DNA of 64,000 nucleotides from Octopus vulgaris (taxonomy: Eukaryota), in the NCBI GenBank assembly GCA_951406725.2, contig OX597816.1:170314001-170378000 (forward strand), given 5' to 3'. The position numbers and the translations under genes were made by a program. A model generated the notes under the pieces. That model had not been told where the DNA came from. It searched no databases and worked only from the letters and a program-made list of their open reading frames with translations. Every line of letters begins with the position of its first letter. The stretch's first letter is position 1. Shown here piece by piece: positions 26,654 through 40,529 of the stretch.

Positions 26654-27930
26654 ATATGATTTACAATTTGGTTGCTTGTTGAGTTTATCTCAATGACTTT
26701 ACCAATTGATCTGTTCACTCATAGTGTACGGGTATGTTGTGCATACATATCATTTAACTAATAGTAACGAATTAGTACTATACATTCTTTATGTTAAACG
26801 TCCGAATTTTAAAGTTGTAATATATATTACAAAGTAGAAGTACAATGGATCGTCTATGAATTTAAGCAACTAGTTGGGTGTGGGGTCGAGGTTTTGTGTG
26901 ATATGCCGGATTTCTAACAAAATAGCAGTTTAATTCGTGATATTTCGCCACTGCTGATATTCCATTTTAAATCATGCTTTAACTGATAGAGTGCTATGGA
27001 TAAGGTATAATATAAATATTATATAATAATAACAACAACAACAAAAATAACAAGTGCAATAATATCGAATGCAACTTATTTTACTTTGCAGTGTAGCAAA
27101 TAAATATTTATGAACAACTTCCCATATGTTTCCTCTGGAGAGAATGTGCAGTGTTGCGTTTCTTAACAAATATCAGTGTAAATATGGTGTAATTATATTT
27201 TCTGGAATTGGTTACTAATCCAGTTTAGCCGACATGTAAATTATTAAAGCACCTGCTAATTGCATATTCACTTCTGTGACTTTGTCGGTTTAATAGAAAA
27301 AAAGGCGTGGATTTATTGGTGTTATTTCTTCATGGTAAAATATTCATTTTTATGAGAGCAGATTAGCTGACTGGTAAGATCTTCAGCCAAAAATAGAATA
27401 CTTAATTACATTCTTTTAAATGTTAATTTCAAATCCAGCGGAGATTAACTGTACCTTTCGCTAATCAGGTTTGATACGTACCAGTCAATTACAGAGGTCA
27501 CTATAATCAACTACACTCCAAAATCTGAAGTCTTATGCTGTCGTAAGAAATCAATTTTACAGCTTTTAGAAAAGAAAAAGAAGAATGATTTATACAACTT
27601 ATGTCCCTATTACATTCCTATGTTCAAATTGTGTCGCTACCAACTTTGACGTTCATACATCCATAGTCGATAAATCTATAATCAGTTAGTGAAATCGATA
27701 TACTAAACTATACTCTGTTCAATCGAGTAAGGTGGGTTTCGTCCAAAGGAAATAGTGAAACATACGTCTCATTATCTGAGAATAACTAAAACATAATGCG
27801 AAGCATATTACATTATTACTTTATGTTTATGATTTATAACACGAAATAATTTTGCTTTTCCTTGCCTTCGGAATAGATAAAATCATATGCCGTAATATAG
27901 TGAGGTCGTTTATATCGGAAATATTACACA

Positions 27931-28067
<137 letters not shown>

Positions 28068-28254
28068 CCTCTAAGAGGACACCTACCTTCTGGCTGCACC
28101 TGTCCTTCACGGATCAGAGTGACTTTGTTATTGATGTGAAATCCTTAAAATATACCACGACGTCTATACATTTTTAACCTTGAACTTGTTCGTATAAACG
28201 GTCCCTTTCGTTTTATTTTCTCATATATTATCTTTATTTATTTTTTTACATTCA

Positions 28255-28536
<282 letters not shown>

Positions 28537-29424
28537 GTATGTATGTATATATATATATCGCTATACAATTATTACCGCGGGCAATTACAAAATTAAAATT
28601 AATATATATTTATGACATTCATGCTAGATTTGCAAGAAGAAGCAGAGTTGCTTGACTCTTGATCTCCCAGATGCTTTATAGTATTTCAGTAACTCAATTC
28701 ATACTCGCTTGGTTTAACCGTTTAATTTGTCTCGATAGAAATCGTAAAATAATTAACAGTAGTAGACTGGTTTACAGTATACTCAGAAGGACCTTGTGAC
28801 CTAGCAGAAATCAATATCAAACTGCAAAGTACTATAATTCTAGGCTATACACAAGAAGCAAATTTGACATTAGTAGCTTTAAATGGATTTATATTGTCGA
28901 TACACATTTAGATTAAGATGTAGTCTTTAAACAACGGGGACAAGAAAGAAATTTTATATGAAACTATCTGTTGAAAGATGATATTATAATGCATTGAACA
29001 AGCATTCGACAATACGCTGTCTCTTACCGCATCATTAAAGTTTCGCTTTACTTCGCTGAAATTTCTTTCCTTCCTTTCGTACTTGACCTTGTTTCTCAGA
29101 CATTTTTCCTTTCATTTATACACAATTCTATTGCAGTTCATTTCTTTCATTATTTCAATCTTTCGCTGGAACATCGTAATTACCGAGTTTATAAATAGTT
29201 GAAATAGTCTACATCCCAACAAAGTAGACCGAATTAGTTTATAAATTGTCAGCACTTCATTGATGTTTTAAAGAGGAAACACCCATCTCTCAAATTAGAT
29301 ACAACTGAGCGCATAGTATTGCTGATACCATTACTAAAATATGCAAATCTAAGAAGAAAATGGTTTAGTTTTGTTATCCTATAGTGCTCGCAAATATCGA
29401 ATATTCTCGCAAAAATATTTAGAA

Positions 29425-29807
29425 CTAGCAGTATCGCCCGGCGTTGCTCAGGTTTGTAAGGGAAATAACTATAAAGCATTTTTAGAGAGTTATAGCCAAA
29501 AAATAGCAAAAAAATGGGAAAAAAATGATGGTAAATTTTTTTGAGAGTTAAAAAAGCTGGAGTTGCGTCCCCTAGACGGTCTGTGGTTTGGGTTTCTGAT
29601 TCTCGACCCCATGTCGAATTTATCGGTTTTTTTCAGAACTGGGGGAACTTTTCAAAATTTTCGCTGCGTTAGTTTTGAATTATGACATTGGGCTATGTGT
29701 GTGTCAAGTTTCATCAGAATCGGTTGAAAGCCGTGGTCAGAGTGAGGGTACGAGAAAACAGACACACAGAAAACGCACAGACAAACTGCCGTTTATATAG
29801 AGAGAGA
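29425..29807 (-). mobile_element. Non-autonomous Helitron
   Basis: Minus strand A|TC...CTAG|T termini; imperfect subterminal GC hairpin cctgagcaacgccggg at 29437-29452, about 12 nt from the 3' end; no TSD. Confidence 0.88.
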
Positions 29808-29908
29808 TATACTGTTCGATCTGTGTTTCATTTGATGTGCATTTATATATTTAAAATATATTCCTATAGAATATATCATTTCAATATCATCAAAATTTAT
29901 ATAAAACT

Positions 29909-30168
29909 GACGCATATTTGCCATTTGAATATGGCTAACCCTTAAGGGTGGATGCTAATGTAGTTTGTAGCCCCAGGAAGATATTTCCTCCAGCTGGCTA
30001 TAGACACACTTTCTGTGCCCTATCAGTATTTGCGATGAGAAGTCGGTTCTCTTGGGGCTACAAACTACAGTAGCATCCACCCTTAGGGGTTAGCCATATT
30101 CAAATGGCAAATATACGTCACGATGTGTTGCTGCTACTGTTTATAACTCGCTCTGAGATTTATCATTG
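29909..30168. mobile_element. Asymmetric foldback element, copy 1, 13 bp TSD
   Basis: ~70 bp inverted arms 29908-29977 and 30051-30120 plus a 48 bp one-sided extension; TSD tttatataaaact at 29896-29908 and 30169-30181. Confidence 0.9.
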
Positions 30169-30269
30169 TTTATATAAAACTATTTTTCACATATATTACA
30201 AGAAATTTGTGAAGTATACATCTACATTCTACGTCTCATCAGTCTTTCTATTAAACATTTTACGCACGT

Positions 30270-30481
30270 ACTTTTCCTTTACTTTCTTTCACTTGTTTCA
30301 GTCATTTGACTGCGGCACTGCGGCCATGCTGGAGCACCGCCTTTAGTCGAGTAAATCGACCCAGGACTTATTCTTTGTAGGCCTAGTACTTCTATCGGTC
30401 TCTTTTTGTCGAACCACTAAGTTACAGGGACGTAAACACACCACCATCGGTTGTCAAGCGATGTTGGGGGGACAAACACAG

Positions 30482-30541
<60 letters not shown>

Positions 30542-30704
30542 GACGGGCTTCTTTCAGTTTTCATTTGCCAAATCCACTCACACGGCTTTGGTCGTCCCGA
30601 GGCTATAGTAGAAGACACTTGCTCAAGTTGCCACGCAGTGGGAATGAACCCAGAACCATGTGGTTGGTAAGCAAGCTATTTACCACGCAGCCACTCATGC
30701 GCCT
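30270..30704 (-). mobile_element. SINE family A
   Basis: Full length. Confidence 0.95.
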
Positions 30705-30971
30705 GGTTAGGCAGCCACTCCTACCTAATTATTTTCAGTTATGAAAATACGCCTATTTACATGGGAAATACTTAAATGTCCAGATAATATCCTTAATAAG
30801 TCTTATGAACTTAGAGTGAAATGCCTGCGCCATATAAGAGACATATCTTAATATTTGAAACGGGTTACCTCATTCGCCGTGGACCGTGTTTCTTGGCTTC
30901 TTTTTATTTATACTCTCTGACGTACTTTAGTTCATTATCTAGGGTTTCATGCATTGTTTGCGTAACATGTA

Positions 30972-31371
30972 GGCGCAGGAGTGGCTGTGTGGTAAGTAGT
31001 TTGTATACCAACCACATGGTTCCGGGTTCAGTCCCACTGCGTGGCACTTGGGCAAGTGTCTTCTACTATAGCCTCGGGCCGACCAAAGCCTTGTGAGTGG
31101 ATTTGGTAGACGGAAACTGAAAGAAGCCCGTCGTATATATGTATATATATGCGTGTGTGTGTTTGTGTGTCTGTGTTTGTCCCCCTAGCATCGCTTGACA
31201 ACCGGTGCTGGTGTGTTTATGTCCCCGTTACTTAGCGGTTCGGCAAAAGATACCGATAGAATAAGTACTGTACTTACTAAAGAAGAAGTCCCGGGGTCAA
31301 GTTGCTCGATTAAAGGCGGTGCTCCAGCATGGCCGCAGTCAAATGACTGAAACAAGTAAGGAGTAAAGAGT
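30972..31371 (+). mobile_element. SINE family A
   Basis: Full length. Confidence 0.95.
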
Positions 31372-31570
31372 ATATAACATTACATCACCAGTCGCCTGGT
31401 TACACTTTCTTCTTATACACGTTTGAAATATATATGTTCCATAAATAGTGAGATATTTGAGAGCCCAGAGTATGAGCTCTAGGCTATCCATCAATGATTT
31501 CTAAAATATCCTTCTTCTATTTATTTTTTTATATCATAGTATTTGGTTTATATTTCCATATTTTATATAG

Positions 31571-31610
<40 letters not shown>

Positions 31611-31671
31611 GCTAGCTTCTGCACGCATTTTTTTTCTCTCCTTGATTCTCTCCGTGTTTCTTTTCTGTGTA

Positions 31672-31709
31672 TCTTTCTGTCGAAGAGCGTAGGCTCGAAA
31701 CGTAAAAGA
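31672..31709 (+). ncRNA. Minimal hammerhead-like motif, variant core CUGUCGA, inside repeat 31615-31807
   Basis: Identical to 28301-28338; the element has (TA)n on both sides. Confidence 0.65.
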
Positions 31710-31805
31710 CTTGTTTTATTTCTATTCCTGAGCGCCGTACTAATACAATTGTTTGTTTGTACTCCACCTGCCTTCGTCTTTTGTTTATTTTCATAAAGCT
31801 TCCCG

Positions 31806-32200
<395 letters not shown>

Positions 32201-32359
32201 CGTGATATAGCTATATAAATGTGGAGCTGTGGGAACTGAGTGGGGTCATGACAAAAAATGTGTGCCTGTGTGTGTGTGCATGTGTGTGTGTGTGTGTGTG
32301 TGTGTAAATGCACAGCCGGTCACATGTAAGAATATGTGCATGTCTGCGTGTATGTATGG

Positions 32360-32682
32360 ATGTATATATGCAAGAAGCATAGGAGAGCGGGTAAATGAGC
32401 ATTGGAGACAACTCAAGGCAGGTAAAAGCTCATCGATTCTGTACCAACACGCCGAACAGGAACACGGGGTATCAATCAATGACATAGAAATTAAAATATT
32501 ATCCAGACATAGATCAGATGCAACAATTAGACAAATTACAGAAGCTACACACATAATAGAAAATAAACCTAGCCTGAACAGAAAACTAGAATGGAGCACT
32601 AACACACACCACAACATATGACAATAGAGGATCCTGAAAACATAATAAATACACAGATAAATAAGCTAATAGAAATAAATAG

Positions 32683-32743
<61 letters not shown>

Positions 32744-33240
32744 TTTTTTTTTTTTTTTATTTTTCATTTATATATTTTTCTTTAGATTCGATTTAGTATC
32801 ATTATTACTAGTATTGTTGTTATACATACAAGAATATGTAATGATAATAATAAGTGGATGTAAACACATGAACAAAATAAGAATAAACAAAAACAACAAA
32901 AACAAAATACAAAATACAAACTACATGAACATATATAAACAGAAGATACAAATATTACAGGCATCCCCCCACATACACACACTAAATAAACATAAACGCA
33001 CATAGAGATATAAGCATGTGCAAATGAAGACATACAATAGAAATACAAAATGGCTGACGGTTAGTAAGGAGAGACACAAATAAGAAAGAAGAAAACAAAG
33101 GACCACTGATGCGGCCACAGGAGTGTGACGAAAGAACTCTGGCCGAAATAAGATTAAGATTAATGTAAAAAATAAATAACAATGAAGCAAAATAACACCA
33201 AATATATAGTGCGTGTGTTTTTATTGGCTAAACTGGCAAA
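32360..33240 (+). mobile_element. Penelope-like element 3' fragment (GIY-YIG C-terminus and 3' UTR)
   Basis: ARSIGERVNEHWRQLKAGKSSSILYQHAEQEHG...IRQITEATHIIENKPSLNRKLEW; hammerhead-like motif downstream. Confidence 0.85.
33100..33144 (+). ncRNA. Hammerhead-like motif, one core mutation (A9C)
   Basis: CCA-CUGAUGC-G-GCCACA(GGAG)UGUGAC-GAAA-GAAC-UC-UGG; homologous to 61713-61751 and 63275-63319. Confidence 0.6.
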
Positions 33241-34041
33241 ATGACCATTCCGAAATATAACAATATCTGTTTCAACACACGACTTCACGTAAAAAATCTT
33301 GCACAACAAAAATTTAAACGTATATATATATATATATATATATACTCACGTATAAGTGTATATAAGTACATATGTCTCTACGTGTTTGTGTTTACCGGCG
33401 TGAAATGGTGACCACAGTTTTATGTCTTCCTGCTGCCATAGTGTCTCCTTCGTTTTTTGTCACCTAGCCAACAAGATATCTTCCTAGAAATGTTTTGGCT
33501 AGAACCAGTCGGTTCCCTAGCACTCCTTCACAACAAGTTATGGCTATAAACTAAGAAGCCTGCTTGAAACTATAGAGTTATATTGACCGCTTTACTCTTT
33601 GCGTGACCGATGTACTTCTGATTTCTCTTCAAATTCGAATGTTCTTTTCTAAGATTTCACATGTTCATAATGATGTTTGTTGGATAAATCATCATCTAGG
33701 CTTTGGCTTGCCTGTTTATACCTATGTAGAATTTTACCAGAAAGCGGTGGATTTTTCCGATGATGTAATCTATGAGTACACCAATAAAATTCTATTGAAA
33801 CAGCTGTAGTAGATTTTAAACCTAATTTGTGTTCTTATTGTACAATATATTAAACTATTACTAAGTTGTGCTTGATGACAAAAAATATTTTGAGTAACCA
33901 TGGAAAAAACGAGACGTGAAGGAAGCACTCCCAATAAATATAAGTAAACAAACATTATTTGAATTGCCGTGATACTGAATAGATATTTTCATCAGTTCTT
34001 CATTTGCGTGTGAATCATATTTGGAAGAAAAATATAATGTA

Positions 34042-34212
34042 GGTGCAGGAGTGGCTGTGTGGTAAGTAGCTTGTATACCAACCACATGGTTCCGGGTTCA
34101 GTCCCACTGCGTGGCATTTTGGGCAAGTGTCTTCTACTATAGCATCGGGCCGACCAAAGCCTTGTGAGTGGATTTGGTAGACGGAAACTGAAAGAAGCCT
34201 GTCGTATATATG

Positions 34213-34260
<48 letters not shown>

Positions 34261-34481
34261 TGTGTGTGTATTTGTGTGTCTGTGTTTCTCCCCCTAGCAT
34301 TGCTTGACAACCGATGCTGGTGTGTTTATGTCCCCGTTACTTAGCAGTTCGGCAAAAGAGACCGATAGAATAAGTACTGGGCTTACAAAAGAATAAGTCC
34401 CGGGGTCGATTTGCTCGACTAAAGGCGGTGCTCCAGCATGGCCACAGTCAAATGACTGAAACAAGTAAAAGAGTAAAAGAG
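34042..34481 (+). mobile_element. SINE family A
   Basis: Full length. Confidence 0.95.
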
Positions 34482-35207
34482 AATAATATACATCAGTAGT
34501 ATCTCATTGGATTCTTCCAAAAACAGATTAAATTGAATTGTTGTTCATAAAACTGATTAAAAGAAAATATGTATTTATTTGCCGCACCAAATATAGAATT
34601 TGCTATTGTACGGTATTTATTCGTTCAGAAGAGATTATACGTACGTCACATACTAACTGTAACACACGGAGTCTCAAATCCTATAAAATATTTTCTCTTC
34701 TTTTGTAGATTCATGAAAGGTAACTGCATATACACAATGCACACGCACGAATAAATACATATGCACGCACACATATACGTGTGAGCGGTGGTGCGAGGTC
34801 TAATAGTTAATGTTGGATCGAAGGTTCCGTATCCGCATCAGACGACAGGATGTATCCTTGAGGAAGGTGCTTCATTTTACTCTGCTCTAGTCTACTCAGA
34901 TGGGAACGAATACCAGGCTAGCACTGGCAGAGCGCGCGATCCAACTAGATGACACATTCTCCATTGTTTACTCATGATTACATAAACAGCTGAAGCCTGT
35001 AGCTAACTAGTAAAAACATAGTGTATACTTTCCAATCATACTCGTACAAACGTGACAGTTACATAACCTAGTGCTATGAAACACAAGTTGCAATAGACAA
35101 GCATTCAGTTTAAATAAGGACTATACCGTCAACAACATCTATTCAGAACTTTCATTCTTCCGACATATATCAATGTACATAAACATATACACGTAAATTC
35201 ATATATA

Positions 35208-35472
35208 AAATAATAAAATAAATACGCCCTTTTAAAGTCTAGCCAGGTTCATGGGCCCGGTTTCCCGGTTTCTACGGCGTATGTGCTCCCCAGCTGGACG
35301 GGACGCCAGTCCATCGCAGCGTTACTCACTTTTGCCAGCTGAGTGGACTGGAGCAACGTGAAATGAGGTGTTTTACTCAAGAACACAACGCGTCGCTCGG
35401 TCCAGGAATCGAAACCATAATCTTACGATCATGATGCTGACAACCTAACCACTCATCCACGCGCTTCCACAC
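35208..35472 (-). mobile_element. tRNA-derived SINE, tail shared with 16880-17185, 11 bp TSD
   Basis: TSD attcatatata at 35197-35207 and 35473-35483; shared cgtcccgtccag...gggaaaccgg tail. Confidence 0.9.
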
Positions 35473-35639
35473 ATTCATATATACATGCATGATATGAATA
35501 TCTGCATGCGAGCTTGCAACTCTGTGTGCGTATGCATGTGCGTATGCATGTGCGCGCTCACGTGCGTGTGTTTCCATCGTTTTGATTATTAATCTGTTAG
35601 TTCCTCTCTCAACACTCTTGTATATATGGGTATTCTCAT

Positions 35640-35684
<45 letters not shown>

Positions 35685-35711
35685 TTTCTACTCATTTACT
35701 TATTTATTTTT

Positions 35712-35748
35712 CTAAAATTTTCGTTGCGTCTTGCAACCTTTTCAATAG
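35712..35748 (-). ncRNA. Minimal hammerhead-like motif with U3-A8 core
   Basis: CUA-UUGAAAA-G-GUUGC(AAGAC)GCAAC-GAAA-AU-UU-UAG, downstream of the Penelope ORF on the same strand. Confidence 0.55.
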
Positions 35749-36249
35749 TTGTTGACACAGGTCGTTATTCGAGCTGCGTTCCTTTTGCTTGTTTCTGCGC
35801 ATGTGTGTGGGTAAGTGTGGGTGCGCTTACACGTGTATGTATGTACTCACGTGAAGTAAGTGTGTGTGTGAATGTATGTGTGTGTGCATATGTATATGTA
35901 TGTGTGTACGTTTGTATGTATTCTGCATATTCATGTGTTTGTGTGTTTGAGTTCGTGATTGTGTGTTTTTATGTGTATGTGTGTGTGTTTGCATGGATGT
36001 ATGTGTGTGCGTGTGTATTTCCATATGTGTCGCTGTGTGAAGTGTGTGTGTATATGTCCATATGTTTCAGTCTTCATTTACGTATATGTGTGTATATTAC
36101 CTATTTACCTATCTGCCTATATGTCTATCTGTTAATTTCATATCCATTTGCCTACATACATGTGCATATACATATACATATATACACACATGTTTATACA
36201 TACATATATACAGTATGTTTACCTACTTTGTATATTTCCTATTTAGTAC

Positions 36250-37760
36250 TGGGTATGTTTCATTTATGAGGACATACTCCTGTATGGTTTGGGTTCTCTC
36301 GGTGCGTGGATAAAATGTGGATGTCAAATTGACCCAGGTTGTCTCCATGTTGCTCCTTGACATGTTGGTACAGTATGGAGGACAATTTTTTTCTCTTCAT
36401 ATTATCTCAAATTTTCATTTACTCTTTCCGCAATGTTCCAAGATGTCCCCTCTATGTATGTCATGTTCATGTCTTTAGAAGCATCTTCTATGCATCTGAT
36501 GCTGTAGACAACATTTCTAGTTCTACAGTTAATGCCAGGGGTAATCCTACATAGCATGCAGTTATCATTTGTGCATATGGTATTCTTAAATGGGTACGTC
36601 CTACATAGTTGTGATCTGATGGAGTACCCTGGCTTTTCAGCAATTATGATGTTGAGTTTGGTCTCCTTCAGAGCTTTCCTAAATCTACGGGCTAGTTCTC
36701 CACAGGCCGTGGCCTCTACAAATATAACTCCTTGATATTTGTCGGTTTTATACCACCCTGTTTGTTTTGTCACAAGCTCTTTGTCTTCTATTCCAGTCTT
36801 TGCTTCTATATCTAGGGCAGGTACCACTGGTTTCACTACATATAATGTTATCTAACTTGTTTCTAGCACTCCTGTATACTCGAACCCTATCTTTCTGATC
36901 ATATCCAGAGAACTGCATGCGATGCATGAAATTATGTACATGTTTCATAGGGTTGCATAGTGGGGAAACGTCGTTCATTATCCTAAGTCTGCTATCAGTA
37001 TGTCCATTTTCATATTGTGTGACAAAGCTGAATTCTTGTGGACATATTTCGAAGCTATGGCTTTCATGTAATAGGAGTGGAGGCGTTGCACACTGTTGTT
37101 CAGTTTCTAACCAAAGCTCAGTATCAAGGACGGTGAGTCTATTGTTGGGATGCCTAGTGGGGTAATCTATAGTTACCTTGATACTTTGGTAGATGAAGTT
37201 AACTACTTGCTAGATGTTCTCCATTAAGTTCCTCTCAGTTTCTATGTGAAGGTTACTAGAGTTGGTCTTAATATCGCCTACATACCTGCTGTAAAGTAGA
37301 AGAGTTGTGGACTGTTCTGCTAAGGATTGCTTAAGATTTCTGTCCCACCATGTCACAAAGAGGCCAGCCACATCTCCAGCTACATCAACTCCAATGGTTG
37401 CACCTTGAACCTGCATGTATAGTTTCTTGTTAAACTATACTATGTGGTTCTTTAAAGTGGTTCTTACGTTAGCCCCTACTGCATGTGCAATCATTCCTTT
37501 CACTTGATTGTTTTCAAGGTCTTGGGTGGATACGATCCAACCACTCTAGCGCTCTGCGGTGCTTTTCTTCAATGGTGGGTGGTCTTCCCCTCTGTAACCT
37601 GGTGGGGTAGAATCTACTGAGGTCATGGTCGTCTAAATAGTCACTGTCGTAGCTTAAGGAGGAGGCCCAGTTCCCTTGTGTTGACTTCAAGGAATTCTAC
37701 TTTATTTTCACAAATTATCTCAATGCATTTCTCCACTGCAAAAACTCCACAGCAAAACAG
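36250..37760 (-). mobile_element. Decayed Penelope-like element (RT and GIY-YIG)
   Basis: QVQGATIG...LYSRYVGDI (RT motifs); EKPG.SIRSQL...CTNDNCMLC...NCRTRNVVYSIRC...YIEGTSWNIAERVNE. Confidence 0.9.
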
Positions 37761-37761
37761 C

Positions 37762-37792
<31 letters not shown>

Positions 37793-37894
37793 ATTTAGAG
37801 ATAGAAGTCCCCATGCAATTCATCAAATCCTAATATACATCACAACATATTATAGAATTTTATTTTAATACTTACTAATCATTTCTAAATTTCT

Positions 37895-37975
37895 CTTCTA
37901 CACGTGTTTCAAAAGGTGCGTTTAACGTTCCTTAGACACGCAGCCTTTTTAAACGCAACCTCAATCGTCAGGACT
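37895..37975 (-). ncRNA. Hammerhead-like motif with long stem II and palindromic stem III
   Basis: UC-CUGACGA-[AGGUUGCGUUUAA...UUAAACGCACCU]-GAAA-CACGUG-UA-GA; stem I only 2 bp. Confidence 0.55.
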
Positions 37976-38122
37976 CTTGATAATTTTATTATAATTCAAT
38001 AACAATTTCTATGTTTTAATATTTTAACAGTTACGAATGTAATTAACAGATAAATATGCGTAGGTGCAAATAAATTCGCCGAACTTTTCTGTGCAAGCCA
38101 TAATTCAATTGATAATAATAAC

Positions 38123-38180
<58 letters not shown>

Positions 38181-38184
38181 TTGC

Positions 38185-38885
38185 GATAAATTTGGTGAAA
38201 CAATAGTCCTTCTCGTCTCGGAATATCTTTTACTAAGTCCAAATGAATACAAAAATCGCCACAATAAAGTAGGCCAGTACTTACACTGGAAAATATATAA
38301 ACACAACAAAATCAGCACTCCTGCTTACTGGTATTAGCATCATCCTGAGACAGTCATTGAAGGTAAAAATATCATTATCCTCTGGGATTTTCCAGTCATC
38401 ACCGACAGAACGATCCAGGCTAATCAACAAGATATAGTCATTAAAGACAGAGAAGAAAATACTTGTAGACTAATAGATGTAAGTGTTCCCACTGATAAAA
38501 ATATATCTGTAAAGGAATTTGACAAATTGAGTAAATATGAGGATCTGGAAATTGAAATACAAAAGATGTGGCATCTTAAAGTGAGAACTGTTCCTGTTAT
38601 TGCGGGTGCCCCCGGTATGATAAGACAGGGATGTCAGGAACATCTAGATATCCCAGGAGAACCATATCTAGAAAAATTCCAAAAGATGGTACTAACAAAG
38701 TACGATCGACATACTTAGAAAAACGCAATCAATTTAAACTGTGTAGTATTACATGAAGGTATTTCGCTACTGCCCCTGCCATTTCGCCCCCTCTATCTCT
38801 CAGTCATACTGTAACATTTCTTATCCATCTCTAACCCTAGGACGCTGGGCAAGTGACTGAAACAATCATGCAGATGAAAAGGAAA
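38185..38885 (+). mobile_element. Older R4/Dong 3' fragment (RLE domain and 3' UTR)
   Basis: RHNKVGQYLHWK...ILWDFPVITDRTIQANQQDIVI...IDVSVP...KLSKYEDLEIEIQKMW; (TAA)n on both sides. Confidence 0.88.
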
Positions 38886-38896
38886 TAATAATAATG

Positions 38897-38951
<55 letters not shown>

Positions 38952-38959
38952 TAATAATG

Positions 38960-39029
<70 letters not shown>

Positions 39030-39966
39030 GATGAAGAATATGAAGAAACAACAAAAGCTATAAAACAAATGAAATCCAAACTAAAAATAGAACAGCAACG
39101 AACCATGATAAAACGATGGCAAGAAAAGCCCCTTCATGGTAAATACTGCACTAAACTAAACACAAAAGAAATAGACAAAGAAAAATCCCAGCAGGACTCA
39201 AAGCAGAAACAGAGGGATTTTTAATTGCAGCACAAGACCAAAGCCTCCCCACCAGAAATTACCAAAAACATGTAATGAAAAGAAATATTACAAGTAACTG
39301 CAGAATATGTGGAGATGGACAAGAAACAATAAATCATATTATCTCTAGCTGCCCAGTCCTGGCTAAGAAGGAATATATTCACAGACATGACAGAGTTGGA
39401 ACCTACATACATTGGAAGCTATGCCAACATTATGGAATAACAACAGGAAAAAGATGGTATAGGCACACACCAGAAAAGGTCACAGAAAACGAGAAAGCAA
39501 CCATACTCTGGGATATGCCGATACACACAGATAGAGAAATTAAGGCCAACAGACCAGATATAGTTGTCAGAGATCATGAAGAAAAAAATGCTTTCTAATT
39601 GATGTATCAATACCGGCTGATGACAACGTGTCTCTAAAAGAAATGGAGAAACTCTCAAAATACAAAGACCTGGAAATAGAGGTAACTAGAATGTGGAATC
39701 TGAAAACAGAAACAATTCCTATCATAGTAGGTGCATTAGGCATGGTAAAAAAATATTCAGACAAATACATAACAAAAACACCAGGACTTACAAACACATA
39801 TAACATACAGAAAATTGCACTACTAGGCACTGCACACATCCTACGCAGAACACTTTCCATACAATAACCATCAGAGCATCACAACAAATCACAGCACATA
39901 CCCAAGGCACACAGAGCTGCGCTCGGTAGTGAAGTGAAAGCACGCTATAAAAATAAAACTACTGAA
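39030..39966 (+). mobile_element. Young 5'-truncated R4/Dong LINE (CCHC finger, restriction-like endonuclease, 3' UTR)
   Basis: CRICG...HIISSC, RHDRV, NRPDIVV, K.SKYKDL, IIVGALG; frameshift in an A-run at about 39585; (TAA)n on both sides. Confidence 0.93.
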
Positions 39967-39994
39967 TAATAATAATAATAAGAAGAATAATAAT

Positions 39995-40412
39995 GTTAAA
40001 TTCAACTTACTTTGAACAAAGTTTGTTTTAGAAGCGATGAGATGTATTGAAAGATACAGAAATTATTTTTTTTCTCAAACGCGTGATAATGATAATGAAT
40101 AAAAAAAATTATTTCTGTATCTTTCAATACATCTCATCGCTTCTAAAACAAACTTTGTTTACTTTCATCGTAAGTTGAATTTAGCGATAGTGTCTTATGA
40201 AGCTAAATTTATACGTTCTAAAATTGCAGAATTCGTTACTGGGTAGTTTAGCTTAATGGTAAAGCACTTGACGCGTAATCACAGAGATGTGACTTCGAGT
40301 CTATGACTGACCGGTAACGTATCTTTCTGTAATGTATGGATAATTTATCCTATTCACGCTATTTTATTAGCATTATCACGCGTTTGAGAATGAAAAAATT
40401 CTGTATCTTTCA
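39995..40412. repeat. Complex inverted-repeat element inside (TAA)n
   Basis: Palindrome 39995-40186; 40365-40412 is an inverted copy of about 40045-40095. Confidence 0.85.
40241..40312 (+). pseudogene. Degenerate tRNA-like sequence (CGT at the anticodon position, Thr-like)
   Basis: TAGCTTAATGGTAAAGC D-arm, TGA-CGCGTAA-TCA anticodon arm, TTCGAGTC T-loop, imperfect acceptor stem. Confidence 0.6.
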
Positions 40413-40430
40413 ATAATAATAATAATAATA

Positions 40431-40514
<84 letters not shown>

Positions 40515-40529
40515 GTTCAGCTATGAAAT

